DNA of 64,000 bases, from contig CAXXFL010000006.1 of assembly GCA_963674965.2 (NCBI GenBank), forward strand, positions 32,001 through 96,000. The letters are read 5' to 3'. Under the pieces are notes generated by a model. The model saw nothing but the letters and a program-made list of their open reading frames with translations, did no database searches and had not been told where the DNA came from. This stretch comes from a bacterium. Lineage in GTDB: Bacteria; RBG-13-61-14; DATKZS01. This document shows, in pieces, positions 10,735-20,801 of this stretch (positions are counted from its first letter, which is position 1; the number at the start of each line of letters is the position of its first letter). The translations under genes were made by a program, and so were the position numbers.

Positions 10735-10995
10735 TCAAACGGCCAGTGACATAAGTAACCCCCTCAAGAAAATGAGTAAGAAAATCAGAGCCATGGGAGA
10801 AAAATCTATCCCTACTCCCCCCTGGATCGGCTCGAGCAGTTTGCGGATGGGCAAAAGCGCCGGCTCGACCGCCCCGTTCAGAAAAGAGACCAACGGGTTT
10901 CTCGAACTGGTAGGAAACCAGGATAAAATGGCGTTGGCCACAATCATCAGGATGTAGATATCGATCAAATGACCGACTATTTTCATCAGAAACAT
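10735..10995 (-). CDS. yggT: YggT family membrane protein
   Basis: ILSWFP, EPALLPIRKLL, GIDFSPM. Confidence 0.9.
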   Translation of the reverse strand: MFLMKIVGHLIDIYILMIVANAILSWFPTSSRNPLVSFLNGAVEPALLPIRKLLEPIQGGVGIDFSPMALIFLLIFLRGLLMSLAV

Positions 10996-11021
10996 TTTGG
11001 AGTAACCTCCCGCGTTTGTTC

Positions 11022-11828
11022 CTATTTCTCGCCCAATTGCCTGGACCTCAACGCCGCTTCCCTTACGGCCCCGATAAACGCCGAGCGAACGCCCGCGTCC
11101 TCCAGCTCGGCAATGCCCGCGATGGTCGTGCCCCCGGGAGAAGCAACCTTGTCCTTTAACGACCCCGGGTGCTCTCCCGTCTCCAGAACCATGGACGCCG
11201 CGCCCATGACCGTGTTCGCGGCCAGGGCCAGGGAAAGGTCGCGGGGAAGGCCCATAAGGACCCCGCCGTCGGCCAGGGCCTCGATCATCATGTAAACGAA
11301 AGCCGGGCCGCTGCCGGAGAGTCCGGTCACCGCGTTAAGCAAGTCCTCCTTGTCAACCCTGAACGAGGGGCCTAGTGACGAGAGGATGGCCTGGGCTATC
11401 TTCACGTCCGAGGCCTTTACCTTATCACCCACGTAATAACAGGAAACTCCTTTGCCAATAAGGGACGGAGTGTTGGGCATTACTCTGATTATCCTGGCTT
11501 TATTTCCAATTATCGAGCTAAATTTATCGACCTTTACTCCGGCCGCGATGCTGATGACCAAGGGAAGATTACCTCCCTCACCGGCCATTTCCTCAAGCAG
11601 AGCGTCAATGCTCTGGGGCTTGACCGCCACCACAACCGCGTCTGCCTTCATGGCCTCGGAAACGCCGCCGGCTTTTTTGACTTTATAGACGCCGGCGATG
11701 TAGGACAGCCTTTGGGGCACGGCGTCATATGCCAGGATGTTCCCGGGAGACAGGCCGGAAGAGACAAGGCCCTTGATCATGGCCTCTCCCATGTTGCCCG
11801 CCCCCAGAAAAGATACGGTAAATTTCAT
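11022..11828 (-). CDS. proC: Pyrroline-5-carboxylate reductase
   Basis: GAGNMG, IRVMPNTP, TGLSGSGPAF, VASPGGTTIAG; start moved to MKFTVS. Confidence 0.95.
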   Translation of the reverse strand: MKFTVSFLGAGNMGEAMIKGLVSSGLSPGNILAYDAVPQRLSYIAGVYKVKKAGGVSEAMKADAVVVAVKPQSIDALLEEMAGEGGNLPLVISIAAGVKVDKFSSIIGNKARIIRVMPNTPSLIGKGVSCYYVGDKVKASDVKIAQAILSSLGPSFRVDKEDLLNAVTGLSGSGPAFVYMMIEALADGGVLMGLPRDLSLALAANTVMGAASMVLETGEHPGSLKDKVASPGGTTIAGIAELEDAGVRSAFIGAVREAALRSRQLGEK

Positions 11829-11865
11829 TAAATCTCCAATAGTTCCAAATCGAATCTGATGCCGT

Positions 11866-12555
11866 TTATCTGCTCCCAAAGATGGCCGTTCCCACTCTGA
11901 CCCTCGTGGCCCCTTCCTCAATGGCAACCCTGAAATCGTGAGACAAACCCATGGAAAGCTCGGGAAGCATGTCCTTGTTCCCCAGCTTTGCCCGGATAGC
12001 GTCACGGAGTTCCCGTAGCTTGCGATAGTAGGGCCGGACCATCTCCGGGTCGTCAAAGTATGGCGGCATGGTCATAAGCCCGATCAGTTCCACCCCGTCA
12101 ATCTCGCTAATCTTTTTTACCGCCTTTTCCGCCTCGGCGATGGAAGCTCCCGATTTGGTGTCTTCCTCCCCAAGATTGACCTCGAGATAGCCCCTGACCA
12201 GGCGCCCGTCCCGAGCCGCTCTTTTGCCCAGCTCGGACGCTATCTCGACCGTGTCGATCGAGTGGACCTCGGCGGCTTTCCCGGCCACGTACTTAACCTT
12301 GTTCTTTTGCAAATGACCTATAAAGTGCCATTTTATTTCAGGATCGTCTATCTCATTCATCTTGTCCCGAAGCTCCTGGGCATAGTTCTCGCCAAAATCC
12401 AGTTGACCCGCCTCCATGGCTTCCCTAATGGCATCAGCCGGCTTGGTCTTGGAAACCGCCACAAGCTTGACCGAGCCGGGAGACCGGCCGCTCGCCGCGG
12501 CGGCCCGCTCGATCTCCGCTTTCACTCGCGCAAGGTTTTCGGCGATAAGTCCCAT
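11866..12555 (-). CDS. yggS: PLP homeostasis protein YggS
   Basis: LVAVSKT, FGENYAQE, WHFIGHLQKNK, LSMGLSHDF, VRVGTAIFG. Confidence 0.95.
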   Translation of the reverse strand: MGLIAENLARVKAEIERAAAASGRSPGSVKLVAVSKTKPADAIREAMEAGQLDFGENYAQELRDKMNEIDDPEIKWHFIGHLQKNKVKYVAGKAAEVHSIDTVEIASELGKRAARDGRLVRGYLEVNLGEEDTKSGASIAEAEKAVKKISEIDGVELIGLMTMPPYFDDPEMVRPYYRKLRELRDAIRAKLGNKDMLPELSMGLSHDFRVAIEEGATRVRVGTAIFGSR

Positions 12556-12558
12556 TAA

Positions 12559-13176
12559 CTATCCTGCATAAAGCTCGATAATATCGAGCCTTTTTAAGTC
12601 ATCGATCAACTCGGTCATGGGAAGACCAACCACGTTCGTATAGCTTCCCTGAATCTGCTCCACCATATAGGCGCCAATGCCCTGGACGGCGTATCCCCCC
12701 GCTTTATCGAAGGGTTCCTCCGTTCCGATGTATGCCAGGATTTCCTTTTCCTCCAGCTTTTTGATCTTCACCTGTGACCGCACCGCGTTCAGAAGTTTCC
12801 GGCCCGAGGGCGGATGCAAGAGGCAGTAACCCGAAACCACGGTATGCCATTTACCAGAAAGTTTGGTAAGATGACTTACTGCCTCCTCCCTTGTTGCCGG
12901 TTTGCCCAGAATCTCTTCATCGGCCACCACCACGGTATCCACCGCCAGGTACCAGTGGTCCGCCTCGTGCCCGAGCCGGTCCGCCACGGCCTGGGCCTTT
13001 TGCAGGGCCCAATCCTGGGTGCAGCTCTCCGGGGCAGGGTTACCCACCAGTATTTCCTCCACTCCGCTCGGTATTATGGTACAGCTAAGCCCGAGGGCGG
13101 AAAGGAGGTCTCTTCGCCTCGGGGAACCGCTGGCCAATACCAGGGAGGCCTTTGTCTTGTACATATTTGTTTTCAA
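12559..13176 (-). CDS. maf: Maf-family nucleoside triphosphate pyrophosphatase
   Basis: LASGSPRRRDLL, DTVVV, DKAGGYAVQG, GSYTNVVGLP. Confidence 0.94.
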   Translation of the reverse strand: MKTNMYKTKASLVLASGSPRRRDLLSALGLSCTIIPSGVEEILVGNPAPESCTQDWALQKAQAVADRLGHEADHWYLAVDTVVVADEEILGKPATREEAVSHLTKLSGKWHTVVSGYCLLHPPSGRKLLNAVRSQVKIKKLEEKEILAYIGTEEPFDKAGGYAVQGIGAYMVEQIQGSYTNVVGLPMTELIDDLKRLDIIELYAG

Positions 13177-13205
13177 TTTTTAAAAATCAACAACAATTAT
13201 GTATA

Positions 13206-13234
13206 ATTATCGTAAATTATTGATCCATTGTCAA
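13206..13234 (-). promoter_or_regulatory. sigma70 promoter of the maf operon
   Basis: Minus strand TTGACA-17bp-GATAAT. Confidence 0.55.
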
Positions 13235-13405
13235 GGAATTTGGATAGGAGCGGGATAATTATTTTGCCCGCCAACAAGATATTGTAGATGGTAAAAAATA
13301 AACACGCCACCCGTCGAGATAGCCCTTCTGCCTGATCAAGGGGCCTGGATTGTCTTTGCCGCCAAAATCTTTCGTGAGACCCTTTCCCAATATTTTAACG
13401 GAGAT

Positions 13406-16400
13406 TCAATTACTGTTTATTTCCAAGGCTGGATATACCTCTATCGCGCCGGCGTAACGGCCCACGCCGCCGGAACCGCATTCGGGCAAATGAGCCCTGA
13501 TCCTGATAGTACCAGCCGTGTCGACCCGGATGACTATCCTGGACCTGCCTCCGTCGGCGATGGGACCGGACACGTCGTAGCGACCCCCTTCGCTCCCGTT
13601 TCCGTCGCCCCCCAGGATGGTCGCCGTTCCGACCGACTCCTCCCCGATATCGAAGATCACGCCGAATCCGGAAGTATAGTTGGGATAGTCGTTCTTGACC
13701 CCTACCGTGACATGGCCCGTCATGCCCACTTCAATGGACAGGGCCGTGTCCCCATAGATTTCCAGAGAGGTGGGAATACTGGGGTTCCCGCCAGTACTGG
13801 CCAGGGTAACCATGCTCTTGAGGATGGAAAGGTCCAGGGCCGAGATGATCTCGTCCATATCAAGTTCCTGGGTGTCCCCGTTTGGCGGGAGGACCCCCGT
13901 ATATTTTACGGGGCTCAGGGAAATCCTGGACCTTATCACCGCCAGGTCGAGGGGGCTTGCAAGGCCGTCGGCCGTCAGGGTATCTCCCGAGTCGGCCCAG
14001 CAGTAACATCCCTCCCCTCCCCTGGCGTCCTCATTCCAGATATTGGTCCCATTCCAGTATTCGTGAGAATTGGGATTGCCGTCTCCATCGAAGTCGGCCT
14101 CCATCCCGTCATCAGGATCGAGGGGGTCCAGGTTGAGCGCGTGTCCCTCCAGATGGGCAACCTCGAAAAGGTCGGGCAGGGCGTCGCCGTCGGTGTCCCA
14201 ATATAGCGGATCCGTGTCGTACAGGTAGTACTCGTCTCCATCGTTTATGCCGTCATGGTCGGAATCCGGGTCGTTCTCGTCCGTCCCGATCAGTATTTCC
14301 AGGGAGTTATAAAGTCCGTCGTCGTCGAAATCCGGGTCCGGTGCCTTCCATATTTTCAGGTTCGGTACCTTGTTTTCCCGGTAAGGTTGTGGGCTCGAGG
14401 TCCCGGTCCAGCTTGTGGGGTCCCCGTATCCGTTGTAGACGCTCCGGTAGATTGTTCTGTAATTGTCCGTAAAATAATAAACTTCGCCCGGAGTTGTGTA
14501 CGAGTCGTTATCGAAGCTGAAGTCCATGACCACGTTGTCGTTTCCGTTATAGGGAAAGGGCGTATCCAGGACAAAGCTGAAATAGCCGGTCTGATCCACC
14601 AACGCGTCATGCCGGTAAACCACCATCCAACCCGAGGTATCGCTCCAGGCGGTGTCGGGAAAGGCCGGATACTCGTCAAAGGTGACGTGACGCATGCGGA
14701 TGGTGAAGTTCTCCATCATCTGGCCCGGCACGGTCCGTACCTCAAGGGCCACCTCCTCGATGTTACCCGAACAGCCTAACTCGTCGGAATAATATATCAC
14801 CTCGGTCCGGGAGTCCTCACGGCCCGTGTAATATGGATAGGTCCAGTCACCAAGACCGAAGCCTATGTAGATAACCGTAAGGTCGTCGTCGGGCAGGTTC
14901 GGGTCCCGGCCATGCGATACCTCGGAATAATCGTCCTCCCCCGCCCCGTCCGAGTCGTCGTCGCAAGGGTCCGAATTCGCGGACATTTCCTCGACGTTAG
15001 AAAGACCTTCTCCGTCGGGATCGCCCAGGGAGTCGCCCACTACCGGATCGACGCAGGCCAGGTTTTGCGCTTCCCATCCGTCGCCCATGCCGTCATGGTC
15101 CGAATCGACGTCGCATGGATTCATGCAGGGAGATATATTATATTCCGCCAAGTTGGACACTCCGTCGCCGTCATGGTCCTCCAGTGAATCGCCCGTCATG
15201 GGATCTAGCCCGCACCCGGAATACAACGCCTCCCAGCCGTCGGGCATCCCGTCGCCGTCGCTGTCATAATCGCCCGCGTCGGTACCGTAAGACGCTTCGT
15301 CCGCGTCGCTTATTTTATCACCGTCGCCGTCGGGTCCGGCCAGGGCGAAATAAATCTGGAAGACGCCCGAGCGGTTGTCTTCCCAGGTAATGCCGTATTC
15401 CGAGCCCGACCAGGCAAAGGACGGCCTTTTCGAGTCGGCCGAGTTGTAAGTAAGGCGCAGGTCTTTGCCGATTTTTTGTCCGTCAGCCGCCAGTCTCGCG
15501 AAATATATCTCGTTATTTCCATCCCTGTCGTCGTGCCAGAGCACGCCGTACTCGGTCCCTCTCCAGGCGATGGAAGCGCTGGTTGATGACCCGAGGGCGT
15601 TGGTGATCTTTTTATTGGGTCCCACCGTGCTCCCGGCCGAGCTTACGCGGGCGAAGTATACTTCCATGTTGACGTCCCGCTCATCCTCCCAGGCGATGCC
15701 GTACTCGCTGCCAGTCCAGACCGGGGCCGGGCCCCAACTGTTGGCGCCGTCTCCATTGAATAAAAGGTCGGAGCCGATCTTGCTACCGCCGGCGGAAATC
15801 CTGGCAAAGTAACCGTCGGGATTGCCATTTCTCCAGTCATACCAGGCCAACCCGAACTCAGAACCAGACCAGACCATGGTGGGCACGCGGCTCTCGGCCG
15901 ATTGTGACGTCACCCGATACTCGGGACCGATTATGGTTCCGTCGGCGCCTAAGCGGCTGAAATATATCTCCCAGGCGCTACTCTTATAATCGTCCCAGGC
16001 CACGCCGTATTCCGAGCCCGACCAGGCAAGCGTCGGCTGGTAGCAATCTCGGATGTAACTGGTGATCCTTTTTTCGGGGTCTATCGCTTCGCCCGAGGAG
16101 GAAAGCCGGGAAAAATACAGCTCGTAATTGAAGTCCCGGTTGTCTCGCCAGACCACTCCAAACTCGGACCCGGTCCAGACTAAAGCGGCGTTATTACTAA
16201 CCCTTATGTTGTCGGTTATCTTTGTGTCCGACCCCAGCGTGTCTCCGTCCTCGGAAAGGCGGCGAAAATATATCTCCCAGTTGGCGTCCCGGTAATCCTC
16301 CCAGGCCAGAGCGTAGACCGAGTCGGCCCAGACAATGACCGGACGAAGACCCTCACCCGAGCCATAGGTGATCCGCATGTCCGACCCATGCTTGGCCAGG

Positions 16401-16723
16401 CCGGGAACTACATATGAATCAAGTGGGTTAGACCCACCGTCCATCTCCTCGCCGTCGTCGCTTCCGTCCAGGTCACTATCCGCGTAACATGGGTTCATGG
16501 ATGGGGAATACTGGTACTCCTCGAGGCTTGTCTTACCGTCAGCGTCCTGGTCCCGGTCCGAGTCATACGAGCCGGAATCCAGGCACCCATGAAGATTCTC
16601 CCAATCGTCGGGCAACCCGTCGCCGTCCGAGTCCTGCCCAAAAGCGTAACTTGGCAAAATCATATATGAAACAAAAATCGTAAATAGTACAATTACGAAT
16701 TGGGACCTGATGGATGAAAACAT
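13406..16723 (-). CDS. Large secreted/surface protein with DxDxDG Ca-binding repeats, a ~51-aa repeat propeller-like region and dockerin-like motifs
   Basis: Signal peptide after AAGGAG RBS (MFSSIRS...AFG); many DSDGDG..DxWE repeats; six W.GSE(Y/F)G.xW.DxR repeats. Confidence 0.8.
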   Translation of the reverse strand: MFSSIRSQFVIVLFTIFVSYMILPSYAFGQDSDGDGLPDDWENLHGCLDSGSYDSDRDQDADGKTSLEEYQYSPSMNPCYADSDLDGSDDGEEMDGGSNPLDSYVVPGLAKHGSDMRITYGSGEGLRPVIVWADSVYALAWEDYRDANWEIYFRRLSEDGDTLGSDTKITDNIRVSNNAALVWTGSEFGVVWRDNRDFNYELYFSRLSSSGEAIDPEKRITSYIRDCYQPTLAWSGSEYGVAWDDYKSSAWEIYFSRLGADGTIIGPEYRVTSQSAESRVPTMVWSGSEFGLAWYDWRNGNPDGYFARISAGGSKIGSDLLFNGDGANSWGPAPVWTGSEYGIAWEDERDVNMEVYFARVSSAGSTVGPNKKITNALGSSTSASIAWRGTEYGVLWHDDRDGNNEIYFARLAADGQKIGKDLRLTYNSADSKRPSFAWSGSEYGITWEDNRSGVFQIYFALAGPDGDGDKISDADEASYGTDAGDYDSDGDGMPDGWEALYSGCGLDPMTGDSLEDHDGDGVSNLAEYNISPCMNPCDVDSDHDGMGDGWEAQNLACVDPVVGDSLGDPDGEGLSNVEEMSANSDPCDDDSDGAGEDDYSEVSHGRDPNLPDDDLTVIYIGFGLGDWTYPYYTGREDSRTEVIYYSDELGCSGNIEEVALEVRTVPGQMMENFTIRMRHVTFDEYPAFPDTAWSDTSGWMVVYRHDALVDQTGYFSFVLDTPFPYNGNDNVVMDFSFDNDSYTTPGEVYYFTDNYRTIYRSVYNGYGDPTSWTGTSSPQPYRENKVPNLKIWKAPDPDFDDDGLYNSLEILIGTDENDPDSDHDGINDGDEYYLYDTDPLYWDTDGDALPDLFEVAHLEGHALNLDPLDPDDGMEADFDGDGNPNSHEYWNGTNIWNEDARGGEGCYCWADSGDTLTADGLASPLDLAVIRSRISLSPVKYTGVLPPNGDTQELDMDEIISALDLSILKSMVTLASTGGNPSIPTSLEIYGDTALSIEVGMTGHVTVGVKNDYPNYTSGFGVIFDIGEESVGTATILGGDGNGSEGGRYDVSGPIADGGRSRIVIRVDTAGTIRIRAHLPECGSGGVGRYAGAIEVYPALEINSN

Positions 16724-17104
16724 GTCTTCGCTCCTTGAGTTGGTAAACCATGGGACCGGCAAATATGCCTCGATCAAATAGAAGCAAGATGCGTTCCAAC
16801 AAAAACAAGCCAAAAATCTGGAGACCTTGCATATATATTATATTATTTCAGTAGTTTAAGAATGTATCCAAAATGTTGCCCACAAGTAGTGCAAAATCAA
16901 TTTGCCACTTTCGAGAATTTCATTTCGGAATAGGGAAAAGATCGATACAATAACTCTGATGGAGAAGTTCAATAGTCCGCCCTTTTCAAGCTAAGACCAT
17001 CGAAACCTTTCATTTGTATGCCGCAATCAGAGTAAATGCTGCTCTTACTAAAAAGACTGATACAAGATGCCAAGGTAAATTGTAACATTGTCTAAGACAT
17101 TCAT

Positions 17105-17189
17105 TCCCCCGCAGGGGGGAAATTTGAATAGCCGTGGGCTTTTAGCCTACAAAAAGGTAACAAGAAATTCAGCGGCCCTGAAGGGGCCG
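17105..17189 (+). repeat. REP-like palindromic repeat family B (half element)
   Basis: CCCCCGCAGGGGGG..GAATAGCCGTGGGC..GCCTAC..CGGCCCTGAAGGGGCCG matches reverse complement of ~47055-47145. Confidence 0.65.
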
Positions 17190-17498
17190 TACAAAATGAG
17201 ACTATTCATTTTACTTTACCTTCACCCATGGACTACGGCATCTTCGGATTTTTCCATATGGTGAAGACCACGCTGACGCTTATAATTACAGTGATCATCG
17301 GGCAATGTGTTCATATCAACCGACTAGGCAACACATCTCAAATCAGCAATGAAAATAGCTATGTAAATTTTTTCACAGGCATGTAATTTTTTTCCTTGCA
17401 ATCCAGGCAATGATCGGAGTATCATTTCGTTAAGTCATCATAAACGCGAATAAAAATATGCGGTTTTTATCGGTATTGTTTTTGCCTGAGAGATTGTC

Positions 17499-19127
17499 AT
17501 GGAACTACGGCTATTACCGCCACTTGTAGCCTTCGAGGTCAACCTTTTACTGGGACTCTTTGCCCTGATAAGAGGAAGGCGAGACCTCGATCATCTTTAC
17601 TTCGCCGGCTTTGCCTTGACCGCGTCCATCTGGTGTCTCGGCTCTTCCTTGTATTTCCTGTTGCCGGATTTTCTAAAGGAGTCCGCCCTTTCCATCGGGT
17701 TCGCGGGCGGTACGGCCATCCCCGCCGTCTATCTGGCCTTTTCCATTAATAAAACCAGCCAAGGCTCGATCCGGCGTTGGGGCGCGGCCCTTGTGGCCGT
17801 CTATTTCCTCTTGAACCTCCTGGCCAACCTTCATCCCCTGGTGAGGGGGGACGCCCTGAAAATTGTCTCCCGCGTGCAGGTGGCGGCCATGGCCGCTTAT
17901 TTCGGCGCTTTATATGTTCTTTCCTTTTCCATGCTCAGGAAGAAACTGACAAAACTGGAAGAGGGACCCGGCCGCGAAGAGACCGAGTTCATCCTTTTCG
18001 GCGGCGCCCTACCCTTCGCGTTCATGCTTTTTTACTCAGGCGCAACGTGGTTTCTGGCCGGGTTCATGCCCAGGCCCAACGTGCTTTTGCCCGTGGTTAT
18101 CGGGGCCGAGCTCATGCTCTATCACGGAGTGAAGTTCAAAAGGGTGGCCCTCGATGAAATGCTCTCCACCAGTCTCATGTACCTGACTTATTCGGTCGCT
18201 CTCACGGGCATCATCTTCCTGGCCGTGTTCGCCGTATCCAAGCTGACTAACCTCGAGATATCGGGCTTCGAGTTCATCTTGCTGGTGGCTTTTTGTCTCG
18301 CCTCGGCCTTCGCTTTTACTGCCGGTCGGGACCGGCTCCAGACCTGGGTGGACGCGGCCCTTTTTCCGGACAAGCTCGAATACCGGCGCATGATCGTGGC
18401 CTATGAGGAGGAACTAAAGGACGCCCGCGAGTCGCTATACAGGGCCGAGCGCCTGGCCATGCTGGGCGAGCTGAGCGCCCGGGTGGCGCATGAGATTAAA
18501 AACCCCCTGGGCCCGATCAAGGGCTATACCCAGATGCTAATCGAGGCGAGAAAAAAAGGCGCATTATCCGATACATACCTCGACAAGGCCCTGGCCATTA
18601 TCGCGGAGGAAACCGACAGGATCGACGAGCGGGTCAAGGGTTTCCTGGACCTGGCCAGAAGGGAGACGCCCGATAAGGTCGAGACCAATATCAATGAGGT
18701 AGTGACCCGGTCGATCGAGCTTTTAGGCCCGGGCAAGGGCCTCGTCATCGAGAACAATCTCATGGCTAAACCGCCGAATATTTTGGCAGATCACGCCAGA
18801 ATCCAGGGAGCCATTTATAACGTCCTCTTAAACGCCGCCCAGGCCATGGAGTGGGAGGGACGGCTGAGAATCGAGACGGCGGAAAAAGACTCATGGGTGA
18901 CCGTCACCATTTCCGACTCGGGTCCGGGCATAGCCCCCGACCTTTTAAAGGAGATATTCGAGCCCTTCCGTACCGGACGGCTGGGAGGGACAGGCTTGGG
19001 TTTGGCCATAGTCAAGTCCATCATCGAGGCCCATGGGGGAAGCGTCGAGGCGCGCTCGGAGGAGAAGAAAGGCGCGAGCTTTATCTTCCAGCTTCCCAAG
19101 GTCAACACGTCGGGACAGGGAATGTAG
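17499..19127 (+). CDS. Multi-TM (HisKA_7TM-like) sensor histidine kinase
   Basis: About 8-9 hydrophobic segments; LSARVAHEIKNPL, DSGPGI, FEPFRTG, GTGLGLAIV. Confidence 0.92.
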   Translation: MELRLLPPLVAFEVNLLLGLFALIRGRRDLDHLYFAGFALTASIWCLGSSLYFLLPDFLKESALSIGFAGGTAIPAVYLAFSINKTSQGSIRRWGAALVAVYFLLNLLANLHPLVRGDALKIVSRVQVAAMAAYFGALYVLSFSMLRKKLTKLEEGPGREETEFILFGGALPFAFMLFYSGATWFLAGFMPRPNVLLPVVIGAELMLYHGVKFKRVALDEMLSTSLMYLTYSVALTGIIFLAVFAVSKLTNLEISGFEFILLVAFCLASAFAFTAGRDRLQTWVDAALFPDKLEYRRMIVAYEEELKDARESLYRAERLAMLGELSARVAHEIKNPLGPIKGYTQMLIEARKKGALSDTYLDKALAIIAEETDRIDERVKGFLDLARRETPDKVETNINEVVTRSIELLGPGKGLVIENNLMAKPPNILADHARIQGAIYNVLLNAAQAMEWEGRLRIETAEKDSWVTVTISDSGPGIAPDLLKEIFEPFRTGRLGGTGLGLAIVKSIIEAHGGSVEARSEEKKGASFIFQLPKVNTSGQGM

Positions 19128-19160
19128 ATATCCCGCGAGACGGAAAAGAAGGAGGACAAA

Positions 19161-19952
19161 ATGATTTTTATTGAGCTTTTCAGCCTGATCCTTTTGATCG
19201 CCATGATACTTTATTTCGTAAGGTTCGGGGCTCACCTCAAGGCGGCAAAGCAAAGGGGTGTCGCCAGCCTTATGCCTTCGCGGCTGAACCCGGTCATGTT
19301 CGCCTTGGGGACCGTTTTTTTAATAATCGGCCTTGTCGGGTTCGAGATAAAAAGCATGCGCTTCAGCATGTCTTCCCGTACGTCCGTGGCCAAGTCGAAT
19401 CTCGTGGAAATATCCTTTGCCCAAATGCAGTACCATAACCAATACCAGTCCTACGCCGGCGGGAAGGACGCTTTCAAGGACCTGGAATTCAAGACTTACG
19501 GGCCGGCCTATTATTATTCCTATTTCCTGGATCAAGACGTTTTCCTGGAGAAATCGGGCGATGACCCTAAATTTTCTCCCGACAAGGAATGGCCCTTCTC
19601 GGCCAAGCCAAGCTCGGGCGAAAATGCCTTCCTGGCCTTCGCCGTTGGAGAGATCGACTCGGACCCTTGCCCCGACGTGTGGACCATTAACGAGGAAAAA
19701 GAGCTGGTCCACCTGGTAAACGACATTAATGACTCCTACAAGCCCGGCCAGTGCCTTAATTGCCCTTGGGCCAAAGAGCAAACGGGTTTTCAGCTCTTCC
19801 TCGAAAAGCCGCCGCCCATCATCGGCTCCCTGGCCGGAATACTGATCGTTATCTCCCCCATCCTCCTGGTCGTCTCGATCATCAGGATCAAAAAGGACAA
19901 AAAGAAAATGCTGACTTTAAAGGAGATGGAGACGGGGTCTGAAGAAGACTGA
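19161..19952 (+). CDS. Three-TM membrane protein with type IV pilin-like globular domain, paralog 1
   Basis: SRTSVAKSNLVEISFAQMQY...AVGEIDSDPCPDVWTINEEKELVHLVND; paralog of the next gene. Confidence 0.75.
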   Translation: MIFIELFSLILLIAMILYFVRFGAHLKAAKQRGVASLMPSRLNPVMFALGTVFLIIGLVGFEIKSMRFSMSSRTSVAKSNLVEISFAQMQYHNQYQSYAGGKDAFKDLEFKTYGPAYYYSYFLDQDVFLEKSGDDPKFSPDKEWPFSAKPSSGENAFLAFAVGEIDSDPCPDVWTINEEKELVHLVNDINDSYKPGQCLNCPWAKEQTGFQLFLEKPPPIIGSLAGILIVISPILLVVSIIRIKKDKKKMLTLKEMETGSEED

Positions 19953-19983
19953 CTCGGAAAGGGAACAGGGAAAGGAGATTAAA

Positions 19984-20754
19984 TTGTTTTTTATTATTCA
20001 AGTCATAAGCATTGTCATCACCATTATTACTCTCATTTATTACGCCAGGTTCATCTCGCATTTTCGCGCGGCCAAAAGGCGGGGTGAACGAGACTTTTTA
20101 CCGTCATGGCTAAACCCTGTCCTTTTCAGCGCGGGAGTCGGCTGCCTGCTGATAAGCCTTAACGCCTTCATGTTCGCGAACATGCACTTCGCGGCCAGAA
20201 GCAAAGCGTATGAGGCAAAATTCGAGCTTGGCGCCATATTTACCAGTCAGATTGCCTACTTTGGCGAGAATAACCTCTACGCCGGAGGTGAGGAGGCATT
20301 TCAGGATATCGGATGGATGCCTGAGGGGAACCCGCGCTATAGTTACTACCTGGGCAAGGACGAGATAATGACCAAGAGAGATGAGCCAATCAAGTTCAGT
20401 CCCAAAAGCAATTGGCCCTTTTCCTCCAAGCCGGCCGGGACCAATGACTCCTTTCTCGTCTTTGCCATTGGCAATAACGACCTGGACGAATGCCCCGACG
20501 TATGGACCATCAACGAGAATAAGGAACTAATCCACCTGGTGGATGACACTCGGGACCACTATAAACCCGGCCAGTGCAAAAACTGCCCCTGGGCAAAGGA
20601 ACAATCGGGCATGAGCCTGTTCCTCGAGGAACACGAAATGCTTCGAGGTTTCACTTCCATTTGGGTTACGTTTCTTATTGCGATTATAGTCCTGCCCATC
20701 TCTATATACAGGATCAAAAAGGACAAGAAAAAAATGAAGGCCCTGCAGGGCTGA
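19984..20754 (+). CDS. Three-TM membrane protein with type IV pilin-like globular domain, paralog 2
   Basis: FAARSKAYEAKFELGAIFTSQIAYFGE...IGWMPEGNPRYSY...AIGNNDLDECPDVWTI; TTG start after AAGGAG. Confidence 0.78.
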   Translation: MFFIIQVISIVITIITLIYYARFISHFRAAKRRGERDFLPSWLNPVLFSAGVGCLLISLNAFMFANMHFAARSKAYEAKFELGAIFTSQIAYFGENNLYAGGEEAFQDIGWMPEGNPRYSYYLGKDEIMTKRDEPIKFSPKSNWPFSSKPAGTNDSFLVFAIGNNDLDECPDVWTINENKELIHLVDDTRDHYKPGQCKNCPWAKEQSGMSLFLEEHEMLRGFTSIWVTFLIAIIVLPISIYRIKKDKKKMKALQG

Positions 20755-20801
20755 TCGGTCGGAGTGAAGGCGTCGGGAAAAACGGAAAGGAAGCATCGGC
20801 C

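Noticed and set aside
16889-16906. Possible sigma54 promoter (minus strand TGGCAA-N7-TTGCA) for the large surface protein
   Set aside because: Spacing is 2 bp too long for a -24/-12 promoter
19749-19770. CxxC in the pilin-like proteins as a heme c site
   Set aside because: Motif is CxxCP, not CxxCH
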